Part shown: in pieces, positions 63,469 through 64,000 of the stretch | Position numbering within the stretch: the first letter of the stretch is position 1 | How the letters are laid out: every line of letters starts with the position of its first letter | From: Macrostomum lignano | Lineage: Eukaryota | Direction: 5' to 3' | DNA length: 64,000 nucleotides | NCBI GenBank assembly: GCA_002269645.1 | Contig: NIVC01001864.1 | Location: 146,103-210,102, forward strand | Program-made: the position numbers and the translations under genes | The notes under the pieces: model-generated | Databases searched by the model: none | Seen by the model: only the letters and a program-made list of their open reading frames with translations | What the model was told of the DNA's origin: nothing

Positions 63469-63729
63469 TTAGCTAGCCTGACGGCGCATCTTCTTGCCGC
63501 CGGTGGCGTAGATAACGCCCATAATGGTCAGCCAGATAGCGCAGAGAATGGCGTAGCAAATCACCAGCGAGATGCCGCAGTGCATGCCAATGTGGAACTG
63601 GGTGGTGTCGTACAGGATGTACCTGTCTGGGTCAGCCCGGGCGTCATTGAGAGTGATGCAATCAACGCCCGATGGCAGCACGGCGACGAAGATAACGGCT
63701 AGGAAGGCGACGGCGAATAGCGACTGCAT
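63469..63729 (-). CDS. 86-aa single-pass membrane microprotein (signal peptide, short ectodomain, TM, basic tail); FXYD-like motif
   Basis: MQSLFAVAFLAVIFVAVLPSGVDC ITLNDARADPDRYILYDTTQFHIG MHCGISLVICYAILCAIWLTIMGVIYATGG KKMRRQAS*. Strong GC3 bias inside AT-rich flanks. Confidence 0.8.
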   Translation of the reverse strand: MQSLFAVAFLAVIFVAVLPSGVDCITLNDARADPDRYILYDTTQFHIGMHCGISLVICYAILCAIWLTIMGVIYATGGKKMRRQAS

Positions 63730-63895
63730 GGTTGATAGCTGACTGACTGCTTGGTTGATTCTTTCAATTAAACTTTTAGGCACAGCTGTGGAAGGCTGAC
63801 GAGCATGAACGGTAGATGAATTAATAGGCTAACCTTATTCAACTTTAGGGGAGAAGCGATCTACGTTAAAACACTCGGGAAGAGGATTGTAACCC

Positions 63896-64000
63896 GGGAG
63901 AGGGCAGTGACCCCTATTGAAGAATCTGGGGAGAGGGCAGTGACCCCTATTGAAGAATCTAGGGAGATGGCAGTGACCCCCCATTGAATAATCTAGGGAG
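63896..64000. repeat. About 32-bp tandem repeat running off the window end
   Basis: GGGAGAGGGCAGTGACCCCTATTGAAGAATCT, about 3 copies. Confidence 0.85.

Overview
Eukaryotic (metazoan) genomic DNA with spliced GC-rich genes, about 25 kb (roughly 40%) of tandem repeats in about 37 different arrays, and a tRNA-derived CORE-type SINE. This style suggests the free-living flatworm Macrostomum, which is an inference. Gene models built by hand from GT-AG sites and frame bookkeeping: (1) a secreted vWA-like protein gene broken by four 1-nt frameshifts (131-1456, -); (2) a 65-aa secreted inhibitor-cystine-knot peptide (2542-2739, -); (3) a 9-exon anion-selective Cys-loop receptor subunit, GlyR/GluCl-like (10686-16563, +); (4) a disordered protein with SILK and RVxF-like PP1-docking motifs (18768-20267, -); (5) a 6-exon Shisa-like type I membrane protein with a folded cytoplasmic domain and a PDZ-binding tail (23962-29054, +); (6) a 6-exon NR2E-family nuclear receptor with a CDGCRG P-box (36140-45234, -); (7) an 86-aa single-pass membrane microprotein with an FXYD-like motif (63469-63729, -). 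Most long ORFs in the supplied track are artefacts of tandem repeats. No database searches could be run, so family calls rest on recognised motifs.
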